64,000 nt of DNA from an uncultured Anaerolineales bacterium. Its GTDB lineage: Bacteria; Chloroflexota; Anaerolineae; Anaerolineales; Villigracilaceae. The notes beneath the pieces are model-generated. The model ran no database searches. It was given only the letters and a program-made list of their open reading frames with translations, and was not told where the DNA came from. The stretch is from positions 13,957 through 77,956 of the forward strand of contig CAISEG010000073.1 in NCBI GenBank assembly GCA_903884265.1. Direction: 5' to 3'. Within the stretch, counting starts at the first letter, position 1, and each line of letters opens with the position of its first letter. The position numbers were made by a program, and so were the translations under genes. Positions 46,556 through 56,029 of this stretch are shown here, in pieces.

Positions 46556-46822
46556 CAAAAGAAAACGCGGCAAGAGGGTTCACAAACCAACGCTGCAGAC
46601 TCATATCTGCGGTATGGCGCTGTGCAGCTTGTACCTCAAGGGTCTACTTCTCCTGCAGGGAGGATGTCGCGAACGCTGCCAGTGCGCATCCCTTGCTGCA
46701 CTTGAATAGTAGTACATATGTTCTAATGTGTCAACGAACAATAATTGACCTGGAACTATTAAGAACCTGGATGACGTTTTTTAGAAAGAATTCATCCTGT
46801 CACATCATGATAAAATACTCTC

Positions 46823-49483
46823 ATGCAATCTTCCATTGAAAAACTGCGTAAATTCTTCCGTCTCGAACATGAAAACGGTTATACCAATACGGCGGTGATC
46901 GGCGGTCTGGCTAACGTTTTAAACCTGTGGGAAGGCGAAGCCCGCAACGATAAACTACCAGAGGAGATCGTCCAGATCACCTCGGCCACCCTGCGCGCCT
47001 ATGCCGACCTGGATCCAGCGGGGCGGCTCGAATCACTGAAAACACTTTGGAAGCAAATATTGGAAAAGGTGCCGGAAGCGGCACTTTTGAAAAAGCAAAA
47101 CCCTGCCAAACCGGTCCAGAAGGCTCCCCCAGCGCAGCCGGCAATTGTGGAGCCGGTAATGATCCCAGAACCGGAAGCGCCTCCGGAGATGACAACGGCG
47201 CTGATGGTACCGGCAGTTCCGATATTGGAAGAAGGAACCGAAAGCGGCGTGCAGGAACAGGGCCAGGCGAGGCAGGCAATCCCTGAAAATGAAGAACCCA
47301 AGCCAGCCCCGACCCCGGTCACCACGGCAGCAAACGCCCGGACTCCTCGCCTCCAACGGACAGTTCCCGGGCGCGCCGAGAGCCATCCCGGCGGAGTGAC
47401 CAGTAAACGTCCCATCGCCCTGAACGCCTCACTGACGGTGCTGGCGGGCGTGGGGCCACGGCACGCTTCCATGCTTACCCGCCTGGGTCTCAACACACTG
47501 GGCGATATGCTCTACAATTTTCCCCACCGCTATGAGGATTACAGCCAGCTCAAGCCGATCCAGGATGTATTCTACGGACAGTTGATCACCGTGATCGGCG
47601 AGGTGACCATGGTGGCCTCACGGCCGCTGCGCGGCGGGAAAATGACCATCACCGAAGCGGTGATCAACGACGGCACGGCAGCCTTGCGCATGACCTGGTT
47701 CAACCAGCCCTGGCTAACCAACCGGTTAAAGGTGGGCGAAGCCATCTCGGTCTCCGGAAAAGTGGAGCAGTACCTGGGCCGCCTGGTGATGAACAGCCCG
47801 GACTGGGAACCGGTGGAAGTGGAAAACCTGCACACCAACCGGATCGTCCCGATTTATTCGTTGACCGCCAATGTGACCCAAAAATGGCTGCGCAAGTTGA
47901 TGCACCAGGTTGTCACCTACTGGGCACCGAGACTGACCGACCACCTGCCAGAAACCATCCGCCAGGCAGTAAACCTGCCCGACCTGGGAACAGCTTTGCT
48001 GCAGGCGCATTTCCCTGACTCTGACGCCACGCTGCAAACCGCACGCCAGCGTCTGGCTTTTGATGAAATCTTTTTCCTGCAAACGGGCGTCCTGCGCCAG
48101 CGGCGTGACTGGCAGTCTGCACCCGGACGGATCTTCGAAGTAGACGAGACCTGGCTGGAAACCCGCCTGGCAACCCTGCCGTTCATCCTGACGAATGCCC
48201 AGAAGAAGGCCGTGGCTGAGATACGCTCCGACCTGAAATCTGGCAAGCCGATGAATCGCCTGCTTCAAGGGGATGTAGGCTCGGGGAAAACCGTGGTGGC
48301 AGCCCTGGCAGCAGCCATGGTGAACCAATCCGGGGCGCAGGCAGCGATCATGGCTCCCACCTCCATCCTGGCAGATCAACACTTCCACACCTTCCAGAAG
48401 GTACTGGCCGGAGAGAACGGACAGCTCAAATCGGAACAGATCCGCCTGTTGGTGGGCGATACTCCTGCGGGGGAAAAGGAAGAGATCCGGGCCGGACTCG
48501 CCAGCGGCGAGATCAAGATTGTCATCGGTACGCATGCCCTGATCGAAGAGCCGGTCAAATTTGCCGATCTGCAATACGTGGTGGTGGATGAACAGCATCG
48601 CTTCGGGGTGGAGCAGCGGGCGGCCCTGCGCTCCAAGGGCACCAATCCCCACTTGCTGGTGATGACCGCCACACCCATCCCGCGCTCGCTGGCTTTGACT
48701 ATATACGGGGACCTCGACCTTTCGGTGATGGATGAACTACCGCCCGGACGCCAGACCATCCCGACCCACATCCTTGCACCGCAGGAACGCGAGCGGGCCT
48801 ATGCGCTCATCCGCAGCCAGATCAAGGACGGGCACCAGGCATTCATCATCTATCCATTGGTGGAAGAGAGCGAGAAGAGCGAACTTCTGGCTGCCACGCA
48901 GCAACATGAAACCCTGCAAAAGGATATCTTCGCAGATCTGAAACTGGGCCTGCTGCATGGACGGATGAAAGCTGAAGAAAAAGATGCCGTTATGCTGGCC
49001 TTCCGCGAAAAAAAGTACGACATCCTGGTCTCGACCACCGTGGTGGAAGTGGGCGTGGACGTGCCAAACGCAACCGTCATGCTAATCGAAGGCGCCAACC
49101 ATTTTGGGCTGGCCCAGCTGCACCAGCTGCGAGGCCGGGTGGGACGGAGTGAAGTCCAGTCTTACTGCCTATTGATCCCCGACCACGAAGACGCGGCCGA
49201 AAACGATCGGCTGAAAGCAATGGCCGAAAGTAACGACGGATTTGTGCTGGCTGAGCGCGACCTGCAACAACGCGGTCCTGGCGAATTCCTGGGAACTCGT
49301 CAGGCCGGATACGCCACAACGTTGAAGATGGCCAGCCTGAGCGACATTCAACTGATCGAAAAAGCCCGCACGCAGGCACTCGAACTTTTTGCTCGTGACC
49401 CGGAGCTGAAAGACCCCGAAAATTCCTTGCTGGGCGAAGCGCTTGGGCGCTTCTGGGGTGGCGGCAAGGGAGATGTCAGTTAA
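46823..49483 (+). CDS. recG: ATP-dependent DNA helicase RecG with ~190-aa N-terminal extension
   Basis: Wedge/HhH region LTVLAGVGPRHASMLTRLGLNTLGDML. Walker A GDVGSGKT, DEQHRFG, TATPIPRS and QLRGRVGR. 886 aa against a usual length of about 690. Confidence 0.9.
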   Translation: MQSSIEKLRKFFRLEHENGYTNTAVIGGLANVLNLWEGEARNDKLPEEIVQITSATLRAYADLDPAGRLESLKTLWKQILEKVPEAALLKKQNPAKPVQKAPPAQPAIVEPVMIPEPEAPPEMTTALMVPAVPILEEGTESGVQEQGQARQAIPENEEPKPAPTPVTTAANARTPRLQRTVPGRAESHPGGVTSKRPIALNASLTVLAGVGPRHASMLTRLGLNTLGDMLYNFPHRYEDYSQLKPIQDVFYGQLITVIGEVTMVASRPLRGGKMTITEAVINDGTAALRMTWFNQPWLTNRLKVGEAISVSGKVEQYLGRLVMNSPDWEPVEVENLHTNRIVPIYSLTANVTQKWLRKLMHQVVTYWAPRLTDHLPETIRQAVNLPDLGTALLQAHFPDSDATLQTARQRLAFDEIFFLQTGVLRQRRDWQSAPGRIFEVDETWLETRLATLPFILTNAQKKAVAEIRSDLKSGKPMNRLLQGDVGSGKTVVAALAAAMVNQSGAQAAIMAPTSILADQHFHTFQKVLAGENGQLKSEQIRLLVGDTPAGEKEEIRAGLASGEIKIVIGTHALIEEPVKFADLQYVVVDEQHRFGVEQRAALRSKGTNPHLLVMTATPIPRSLALTIYGDLDLSVMDELPPGRQTIPTHILAPQERERAYALIRSQIKDGHQAFIIYPLVEESEKSELLAATQQHETLQKDIFADLKLGLLHGRMKAEEKDAVMLAFREKKYDILVSTTVVEVGVDVPNATVMLIEGANHFGLAQLHQLRGRVGRSEVQSYCLLIPDHEDAAENDRLKAMAESNDGFVLAERDLQQRGPGEFLGTRQAGYATTLKMASLSDIQLIEKARTQALELFARDPELKDPENSLLGEALGRFWGGGKGDVS

Positions 49484-49502
49484 TTTTTTTTTGGAGAATA
49501 AA

Positions 49503-50021
49503 ATGGTACGCGCATTATTTCCCGGAACCTTTGACCCTGTGCACTACGGCCACATTGACATCGCCACCCGGGCCGCTCGCCTATTTGACGAGCTGGTCAT
49601 CGCTGTTTATGACCGGCCACTGAAAAGCCTGATGTTCCTGCCCGAAGAACGCATCGCCCTGGTGACCGAGACCTTTAAAGCCCACCCAAAGATCAGGATT
49701 ATGGGTTACAGTGGAATGACGGTGGAGTTCTGCCGCAAGATCGACGCCCAGGTGATCGTGCGCGGCCTGCGCGTCTTTTCGGACTTCGAGTACGAATTCC
49801 GCATGGCACTCGCCAATCACCGCCTGGCTCCGGATATCGAATCCGTGGCTTTCATCACCGACGAGGACCAAACCTTCCTTTCGTCCACCACCGTGCGCGA
49901 GATCGCTTCGCTGGGCGGAGATGTTTCCAGCATGGTCCCGGCGCATGTTGAAGCTGCGCTCAAGAACAAGGTCAAAGACCTGAGCGACCAGCAGTTACGC
50001 CCTTTCGGGATTAAAGTATAA
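49503..50021 (+). CDS. coaD: phosphopantetheine adenylyltransferase
   Basis: MVRALFPGTFDPVHYGHIDI (T/HxGH) and ISSTTVREI. ATG at 49503 after GGAGA. Confidence 0.95.
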   Translation: MVRALFPGTFDPVHYGHIDIATRAARLFDELVIAVYDRPLKSLMFLPEERIALVTETFKAHPKIRIMGYSGMTVEFCRKIDAQVIVRGLRVFSDFEYEFRMALANHRLAPDIESVAFITDEDQTFLSSTTVREIASLGGDVSSMVPAHVEAALKNKVKDLSDQQLRPFGIKV

Positions 50022-50057
50022 TCAAGGTGTTCCGACCTTGTACTTGCGGAGGAGCCA

Positions 50058-50534
50058 ATGGATATTCTTCACCTAATCGACCGCCTGGAAGAACTTTTCA
50101 ATAACAGCCGTCCCATCCCGCTGACGCATAATGTCATCGTGGACGAGGATAAGTTCCTGGACATCATTGACCAGATGCGCATCTCCGTACCGGAGGAAGT
50201 CAAGAAAGCGCAACAGGTCTTTTCGCAAAAGGACCGGGTGATGGCCCAAGCTCAGGAAGAAGCCAACCGGACCCTGCAACTTGCGCGCGAAAAAGCCGAT
50301 GCAATGATCGAGAAAGAAGTACTCGTAGCAGATGCCCAGCGGCGCTCCAGTCAGATCATTGACCAGGCGCGAGTGGAAGCCGAAGATATTAAAGCCGGTG
50401 CAGACGAGTATGCGCTGGATGCCTTAATGAACCTGCAGAAAGAACTGGAACATCTGAGCACGCAAGCCCAGAATGGCGTGCAAGTCCTGCTGCAGAAGAG
50501 GCAGCCGGCGGACCCGATGCCCGAGGAGAAATAA
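50058..50534 (+). CDS. coiled-coil hypothetical protein (ATP-synthase-b/H-like heptad pattern)
   Basis: 158 aa, E/A/Q/K-rich. No catalytic motif recognised. Confidence 0.5.
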   Translation: MDILHLIDRLEELFNNSRPIPLTHNVIVDEDKFLDIIDQMRISVPEEVKKAQQVFSQKDRVMAQAQEEANRTLQLAREKADAMIEKEVLVADAQRRSSQIIDQARVEAEDIKAGADEYALDALMNLQKELEHLSTQAQNGVQVLLQKRQPADPMPEEK

Positions 50535-50539
50535 ACCAA

Positions 50540-50571
50540 CAGCCTCCGCAATTCTGCGGAGGCTGTTTTTT
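50540..50571 (+). terminator. intrinsic terminator
   Basis: CAGCCTCCGCA-ATTC-TGCGGAGGCTG followed by TTTTTT. Confidence 0.85.
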
Positions 50572-50594
50572 GTCTTTTCATCTGTCAGGTTTCA

Positions 50595-51269
50595 TCAAAG
50601 AGCGACACTGCCCACGTTACGAATAACCATGACCACTTTTCCTTTGATTTCAAGGGGTTCGGACTTGTCGATCATGATCGGTTTCATGGTGGGGTTGGCA
50701 GGCTGGAGCCGGTATTGTTCCTTCTCTTTGAAGAAATATTTTAGGGTGGTCTCGTCCCGGTTTGGGAGCCAGATGGCAACCATCTCACCGTTATTGGCCT
50801 TGATGGTGGGTTTAATAATGACAATATCGCCATCATTGATCATGGCATCGATCATGGACTCGCCCTTCACCTTAAGGGCGAAGAGTTCAGAGCCCTTTTC
50901 CCCGGAAGGCAGAAGGCTGCGGGCCACGTCGACCGCATCCATTTCATTTCCGATGCCCAGATAGGTCGCACCCGGGGCAGGAACCAGCATGGGCTCACCG
51001 GCAGCGATCGGACCCAGGATGGGGATCTTGATCAAGTCCTTGCTGACCGGGTCGGTCAAGCGTACAGCGCGCGAGAATTTAGCATCCCGTTCGATGAGAC
51101 CCATTTCGGCCAGTTGCTTTAAATAGTAGGTAACAACAGAAGTGGAAGTAATCCCAACCGCCTCACCAATCTCACGAATGGAAGGGGGATAGCCCTTGCT
51201 AATCCGTTCGTTGAGGTAATCGATGATCTTCTGATGCCGTTCAGTCAAACCTCTGCGAGTTCTAACCAT
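50595..51269 (-). CDS. lexA: SOS repressor LexA
   Basis: Winged-helix N-terminus (LTERHQKIIDYL...PSIREIGEAVGITSTSVV). Ala-Gly cleavage site (PIAAGEP). S24 peptidase Ser (VKGESM) and Lys (IKGKVVMVIR). Confidence 0.95.
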   Translation of the reverse strand: MVRTRRGLTERHQKIIDYLNERISKGYPPSIREIGEAVGITSTSVVTYYLKQLAEMGLIERDAKFSRAVRLTDPVSKDLIKIPILGPIAAGEPMLVPAPGATYLGIGNEMDAVDVARSLLPSGEKGSELFALKVKGESMIDAMINDGDIVIIKPTIKANNGEMVAIWLPNRDETTLKYFFKEKEQYRLQPANPTMKPIMIDKSEPLEIKGKVVMVIRNVGSVAL

Positions 51270-51312
51270 TGGAACCTTCCTTTCTATTTATGCCAACCAA
51301 ACATTTGTGCTA

Positions 51313-51342
51313 ATTATAATACGAACACTCGTTCTATGTCAA
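51313..51342 (-). promoter_or_regulatory. lexA promoter with embedded LexA (Cheo-type) box
   Basis: On the minus strand: TTGACA (51342..51337), 18-nt spacer, TATAAT (51318..51313). The palindrome GAACACTCGTTC (51323..51334) lies inside the spacer. Confidence 0.75.
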
Positions 51343-51510
51343 GCGCGGATATTTTGGAAAAGAAGAGAATAAAGTGGTATGGAGCGATGGCGCAAGAAAT
51401 GCTGGAGATAGTGCCCTAAGCAAATCGAATATTGGTAAACCCCAACAATGGTATTTGCCTGTACCAAAATGTAAAAGGTTAGTAAACCACCCTGCAAGGA
51501 TAAATTCTCT

Positions 51511-52482
51511 TTAATCGGACCAAACAGCGATCTTGCGATCCCATCTATGTGCGCGTAGTTTTAGGATCAATTCTTGGGATAAACCCATCCCATCACTAAC
51601 CCTAAAATCCTCCTGGAGGTGATCCAAGGTCCGCATACCGACGATCGTGGTGCTGACGGATTTATTTGTAAGAATGAACCGCAGTGCCATTTCAGGCAAA
51701 CGCATATTTTCAGGCAACATATCCTTTAATGCGTCTGCGCGTATCACCGTGGGCTGAAGGTTCTCCGGCCCAAAATATCTCGCACGCCAGTCGTTTACAG
51801 GAAAATGCGTATCCGGGGTCAGCCTGCCTGAAAGGCCGCCTTCATCCAGAGGCACTCGACCAATTATCCCAATGTTCATTTTTTTGCATAACGGGAATAG
51901 TCCGTCCTCAGGAGCCTGGTCAAAGATATTGTATATTACCTGAACAGTGTCAATTAATCCCGTCTGTATGGCCTTCAAGCCATTCTCCGGTTCCCATCGA
52001 TTAAGGCTCAGGCCAAAAAAACGGATCATTTTTTTCGACTTTAGATCGGAAATCGTCTGTTTCCACTCATCGCTTTCGGACCAGGAATCATCCCAAACGT
52101 GGAATTGTAGTAAATCGATATGATCGGTTCCAAGGCTCTCCAGAATCTTTTCCGTATAATCGATTACGTGCTGCCGCGGAAACACGTCTATCAGTTTATC
52201 TTTTGAGTTGCCGGGCCATTTAAAATTTTTTGGTGGTATCTTGCTTGCAGCAATGATCCTGGCTTCAGGGTTCTTCTTTATCAGTTTCCCAAGCAATTTA
52301 TCACTATGCCCGCTTCCATACGACCAGGCGCTATCAAAGAAAGTACATCCCATTTCAAGAGACATTTGTAAGGTTTCAAGCGATCCCTTGTCGCTGGCAT
52401 CCTTCCAATCACCCATACCCCACAAGCCATGACCGATTTCGCTTACCGAAAGATTTGTTCTGCCAAGTTTTCTATATTTCAT
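51511..52482 (-). CDS. aldo/keto reductase
   Basis: 323 aa. MKYRKLGRTNLSVSEIGHGLWGMG, FFDSAWSYG and HIDLLQFH are typical AKR blocks. Confidence 0.85.
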   Translation of the reverse strand: MKYRKLGRTNLSVSEIGHGLWGMGDWKDASDKGSLETLQMSLEMGCTFFDSAWSYGSGHSDKLLGKLIKKNPEARIIAASKIPPKNFKWPGNSKDKLIDVFPRQHVIDYTEKILESLGTDHIDLLQFHVWDDSWSESDEWKQTISDLKSKKMIRFFGLSLNRWEPENGLKAIQTGLIDTVQVIYNIFDQAPEDGLFPLCKKMNIGIIGRVPLDEGGLSGRLTPDTHFPVNDWRARYFGPENLQPTVIRADALKDMLPENMRLPEMALRFILTNKSVSTTIVGMRTLDHLQEDFRVSDGMGLSQELILKLRAHRWDRKIAVWSD

Positions 52483-52671
52483 GATCTTCTTTCATCCTTT
52501 CACTCTTTCACCTGTTTAGTTCTCCCGGGTAATCTATCAATGCCCGCTATGATCAAATAGTTAACCTTTAAGGTGACCTGGTTACGGGAGTCCCTTTATC
52601 ATAATGGTCAAGACCTGCCCAAGGGAAAAAGGACAGGTCTTTGTATCTGATTGTCAAAAGAGAGCGAATCG

Positions 52672-53496
52672 TTAGCCCTTTAGAGCTCCGGCCATCAACC
52701 CGCGCAAGAAATAGCGCCCCAGAAAAAGATAAACCAGTAATGTTGGAAGCGCAGCCAGCAAGGTGGCGGCCATCAAGACGTTCCATTGCACGAGCTGGCT
52801 CCCTGCCAGGTTGTTGAGGGCTACCGTTACGGGCCAATGTGACTGATTGGTCAAGATCACCGCAAATAGAAATTCATTCCAGGCCTGAGTAAATTGCCAG
52901 ATGATGACCACGGCAAAGCTTGGCGCCGATAGTGGCAACATAATATACCGATACAGACCTATCAGGCCGGCGCCGTCAATTTTGCCTGCCTCCAGAATTT
53001 CAGTTTCAATGCCTGCATAATAGTTACGGAATATTAAGGTGGTGATCGGGATACCGTAAATAATATGTACCAGGATCAGACCGGGAATATCCCCGTACAG
53101 CTTGATGGCTTGCATGAACTTCACCAGCGGAATCAGGATGCTCTGGTATGGAATGAACATCCCAAAAAGGATCAGTGAGAATACAAGATTCGAGCCGCGA
53201 AACTTCCATTTCGCAAGAAGATAGCCATTTATCGATCCAAGCAGTGAAGAAAGAATTGCCTCCGGGATAACCATCATCAAACTATTGTTTATATTAGGGG
53301 CAAGCTGCCGATACCCTGCAATAAAATTCTCGACGTGCAGGCCGTTTATTGGTAAAGACCACATCGTCTTAAGATCGACTTGGTTAAATGCTTTGAAACT
53401 CGTAAGCAGCATTAAATATATCGGCAGAAGATAAAAAGCTGCCAGGGCGATTAAAATAATATAAAAAAGAATGTGGGTTAGAACACGGCGGGTCAT
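52672..53496 (-). CDS. carbohydrate ABC transporter permease (MalG-type)
   Basis: 6 TM helices. EAA loop EAGKIDGAGLIGLYRYIMLP. Confidence 0.85.
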   Translation of the reverse strand: MTRRVLTHILFYIILIALAAFYLLPIYLMLLTSFKAFNQVDLKTMWSLPINGLHVENFIAGYRQLAPNINNSLMMVIPEAILSSLLGSINGYLLAKWKFRGSNLVFSLILFGMFIPYQSILIPLVKFMQAIKLYGDIPGLILVHIIYGIPITTLIFRNYYAGIETEILEAGKIDGAGLIGLYRYIMLPLSAPSFAVVIIWQFTQAWNEFLFAVILTNQSHWPVTVALNNLAGSQLVQWNVLMAATLLAALPTLLVYLFLGRYFLRGLMAGALKG

Positions 53497-54569
53497 AGCT
53501 GAGTCTCCGTGCGCATATTATTGATCAAGTAGGGTATCACGAGAATCGCGACGCTGACCAGCATTAGGACACCGATGGCTGCTCCTTGAGCGTAGTTGGT
53601 ACCGTCGAAGGTGGTCGTCCACATATAAATACCAGGGACATCCAGACTAATCGCCTTATTACCGAGGGCTACGATCAGGTCAAATATCTTCAGAGACATG
53701 TGAGCGAGGATGATCACCGCGCTGAGCGTGACGGGCTGAAGCATGGGGAAAATAATAAACCGATAGATCTGCCATTCGCTGGCTCCATCGACGCGCGCCG
53801 CTTCGCGTAGATCATCTGAAATGCTGCGCATACCGCCCATATAGAGTGCCATGGTGAACCCCGATAATTGCCAGACTGCCGGGATCACAGTAAATGCCAT
53901 ACCCCACGGTTGAGGCGTGGAATGCCACAGGCTGATGAGCGACTTTAATCCAAGTGTCTGGAAAATAAGATTAAGTCCGGTGATGCGATTGCCCGTAGCC
54001 GGATTCATTAACCATCCCCAGACGACCCCTGATGCGATGAATGATATAGACATCGGGAACAAAAAAATACCTCGAAAGAGCGCTTCGCCTTTGAGTTTTT
54101 GATCCAGTAAAATAGCTAAACCTAAACCTAGAATGAGGCAGCCCAGGATGAAACCAACCGTGAACATAGCAGTATTACGAACATCGATCACAAAGCGGGG
54201 ATTATTAGTAAACAGGAGATAGTATTGTCTCAACCCTGCCCAGGTATAATCCGGGTTCAGACCCTTCCAATTGCTCAGGGAGACCCGGATGGACCAACCA
54301 ATGAAGCCATAAACAAAAATAGCCACCGCCACCATCGACGGGAGCAGCAAGGCAATGGAGAGCACAGTTTCATTTTCAAACATCGATAAAATTATTACGA
54401 TGCCTGAATAAAATATTAATCCACTTGCCAACAAGCCGATCGAGGTGAGATTTTTTCCAGCGATCATCAGCTGGATTTTTCCAAGGGTAAAAATGCAGAT
54501 CGCACCAAAGAGGATCAGAGCAAGCGCTAGAATTAGTTTTGGCACTTGAAGATTGAACTTACGAAACAT
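53493..54569 (-). CDS. carbohydrate ABC transporter permease (MalF-type)
   Basis: EAA loop EAARVDGASEWQIYRFIIFP. Overlaps the downstream permease gene by 4 nt. Confidence 0.85.
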   Translation of the reverse strand: MFRKFNLQVPKLILALALILFGAICIFTLGKIQLMIAGKNLTSIGLLASGLIFYSGIVIILSMFENETVLSIALLLPSMVAVAIFVYGFIGWSIRVSLSNWKGLNPDYTWAGLRQYYLLFTNNPRFVIDVRNTAMFTVGFILGCLILGLGLAILLDQKLKGEALFRGIFLFPMSISFIASGVVWGWLMNPATGNRITGLNLIFQTLGLKSLISLWHSTPQPWGMAFTVIPAVWQLSGFTMALYMGGMRSISDDLREAARVDGASEWQIYRFIIFPMLQPVTLSAVIILAHMSLKIFDLIVALGNKAISLDVPGIYMWTTTFDGTNYAQGAAIGVLMLVSVAILVIPYLINNMRTETQL

Positions 54570-54718
54570 CCGCGGCCTCTCTTCCGACTTTTGCTTTCCT
54601 TAAATTTCGACCTAGTTCAATCATATTAGCCAATCTAGAGCCTGTCAACCTTCAGTTTATGATGGAATGGGCGGCTCAAAGAGCCGCCCATTCACCTTAC
54701 TGCTTAGCGTATATCAAT

Positions 54719-56029
54719 TTACTTCGGGCAGACACCGTCTGTTTTGCAGGCAGCCACAAGCGCGGCCTGGAAATCAGCAGTCTTGCTTGTATCGGCCTGG
54801 AACAAGCCAATAGCAGTGCCAATGGAGGTCGCCCAGGCAGGTGCGGCAACTACACCATGCATCAAGCTGCCGACCACGACATTACTGGTCCAATCCTTGG
54901 CAGCATCCTGCGAATACTCGCTGAAAAGAGCCTGGTTGCAGTCTGTACGAGCGCAGATGGAGCCCTTGAGCGGGTTGAAGGCTTCCTGACCGGCCTTAGA
55001 AGCTGCGACGGTCAACCAGTCTGTAGCCGCATCCGGGTGCTTGGCACCCACGGGCAGGACGAAGCTGTCCGAGAGGAAGTTGAAGACGCCATAGGTACCG
55101 GGGGAAACAGCCCAATCGAAATCGGTATGAGGAGTCAGAGCAAGGCCATTGGGGGCGGCGTTGGCAAAATAACCGTAAGCCCAGTCGCCCATAATGTTGA
55201 AGGCGGCATCACCGTCAGAGACCATCTTGGAAGCGGTCTGCCAGTCAGACAGCGTGGAGGCATCGGGGTTGGTATAGGAGAGAGCCTTGGCATAATTGGC
55301 GATGCCCGCGGCAACATCCGTACCGGCCCAGTCGGTGGTCGGGGGGTTGGTCCACAAGCCGTTCCATTTGTCAGCACCGATCGTGCCGATCATGATATTC
55401 TCGAACAGGTGAATGGCGGTCCAAGGGGCGCCGAGGGACAGGCAGATCTTACCAGCAGCTTTGATCTGGTCGCAAACGGCGAAGAAAGCATCCAGAGTCG
55501 CAAAATCGGTCTTGGGGTTGACAGTAACGCCAGCCGCAGCCAGGACCTTGGGGTTGAACCACATCACGTTCGAGCGGTGAATGTTCACCGGCACGCTGTA
55601 AGGATGTCCATCCTTTGAGATGAGCGGGAGGAGAGTGGCGGGGAGGACACTATTCAGACCTGTCGAAGCGAAGAGGGCGTCCAAAGGCTGAACCTGACCA
55701 GCTGCCACATAGTTGGCGATCGTCTCCTGGCCAGCGTGGGCCTGCCATGAATCGGGCGGGTCATTCGCAGCCAGACGGGTAGCCAGAACAGCTTTGGCGT
55801 TCGTGCCAGCGCCACCGGCTACGGCCGCGTTGACGAATGTGATGCTGGGATACTGCTGGTTGAAGATCTTGATCATGGCAGCCAGGCCATCGGCTTCGCC
55901 GGGGCCAACCCACCACGAGAACACTTCTACCTGGGTGCTGGCAGCCGGTTTGGGCGTACCGCAAGCGGAAAGAATCGTTGCCGCGATTACCAGGAAAGCT
56001 ACAAGCGTATACACTTTCTTATTAAACAT
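54719..56029 (-). CDS. extracellular solute-binding lipoprotein (sugar ABC, family 1)
   Basis: Signal peptide plus lipobox ILSACGT. 436 aa with the typical SBP_bac_1 composition. First gene of the operon with the two permeases. Confidence 0.8.
   Translation of the reverse strand: MFNKKVYTLVAFLVIAATILSACGTPKPAASTQVEVFSWWVGPGEADGLAAMIKIFNQQYPSITFVNAAVAGGAGTNAKAVLATRLAANDPPDSWQAHAGQETIANYVAAGQVQPLDALFASTGLNSVLPATLLPLISKDGHPYSVPVNIHRSNVMWFNPKVLAAAGVTVNPKTDFATLDAFFAVCDQIKAAGKICLSLGAPWTAIHLFENIMIGTIGADKWNGLWTNPPTTDWAGTDVAAGIANYAKALSYTNPDASTLSDWQTASKMVSDGDAAFNIMGDWAYGYFANAAPNGLALTPHTDFDWAVSPGTYGVFNFLSDSFVLPVGAKHPDAATDWLTVAASKAGQEAFNPLKGSICARTDCNQALFSEYSQDAAKDWTSNVVVGSLMHGVVAAPAWATSIGTAIGLFQADTSKTADFQAALVAACKTDGVCPK

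Noticed and set aside
46622-46701. tRNA-like 80-nt segment (7-bp closing helix, T at position 8, GGG in a D-loop-like position)
   Set aside because: The best middle hairpin has a 5-nt loop rather than a 7-nt anticodon loop. There is no GTTCRANYC T-loop and no proper D-stem. It is not a tRNA and is kept only as part of the intergenic-region finding.
47726-48652. 308-aa minus-strand ORF inside recG
   Set aside because: It is a shadow frame of recG. The helicase motifs are unambiguous on the + strand.
54659-55618. 319-aa + strand ORF
   Set aside because: It is antisense to the solute-binding protein gene. It is Gly/Arg-rich, with no recognisable family and no SD.
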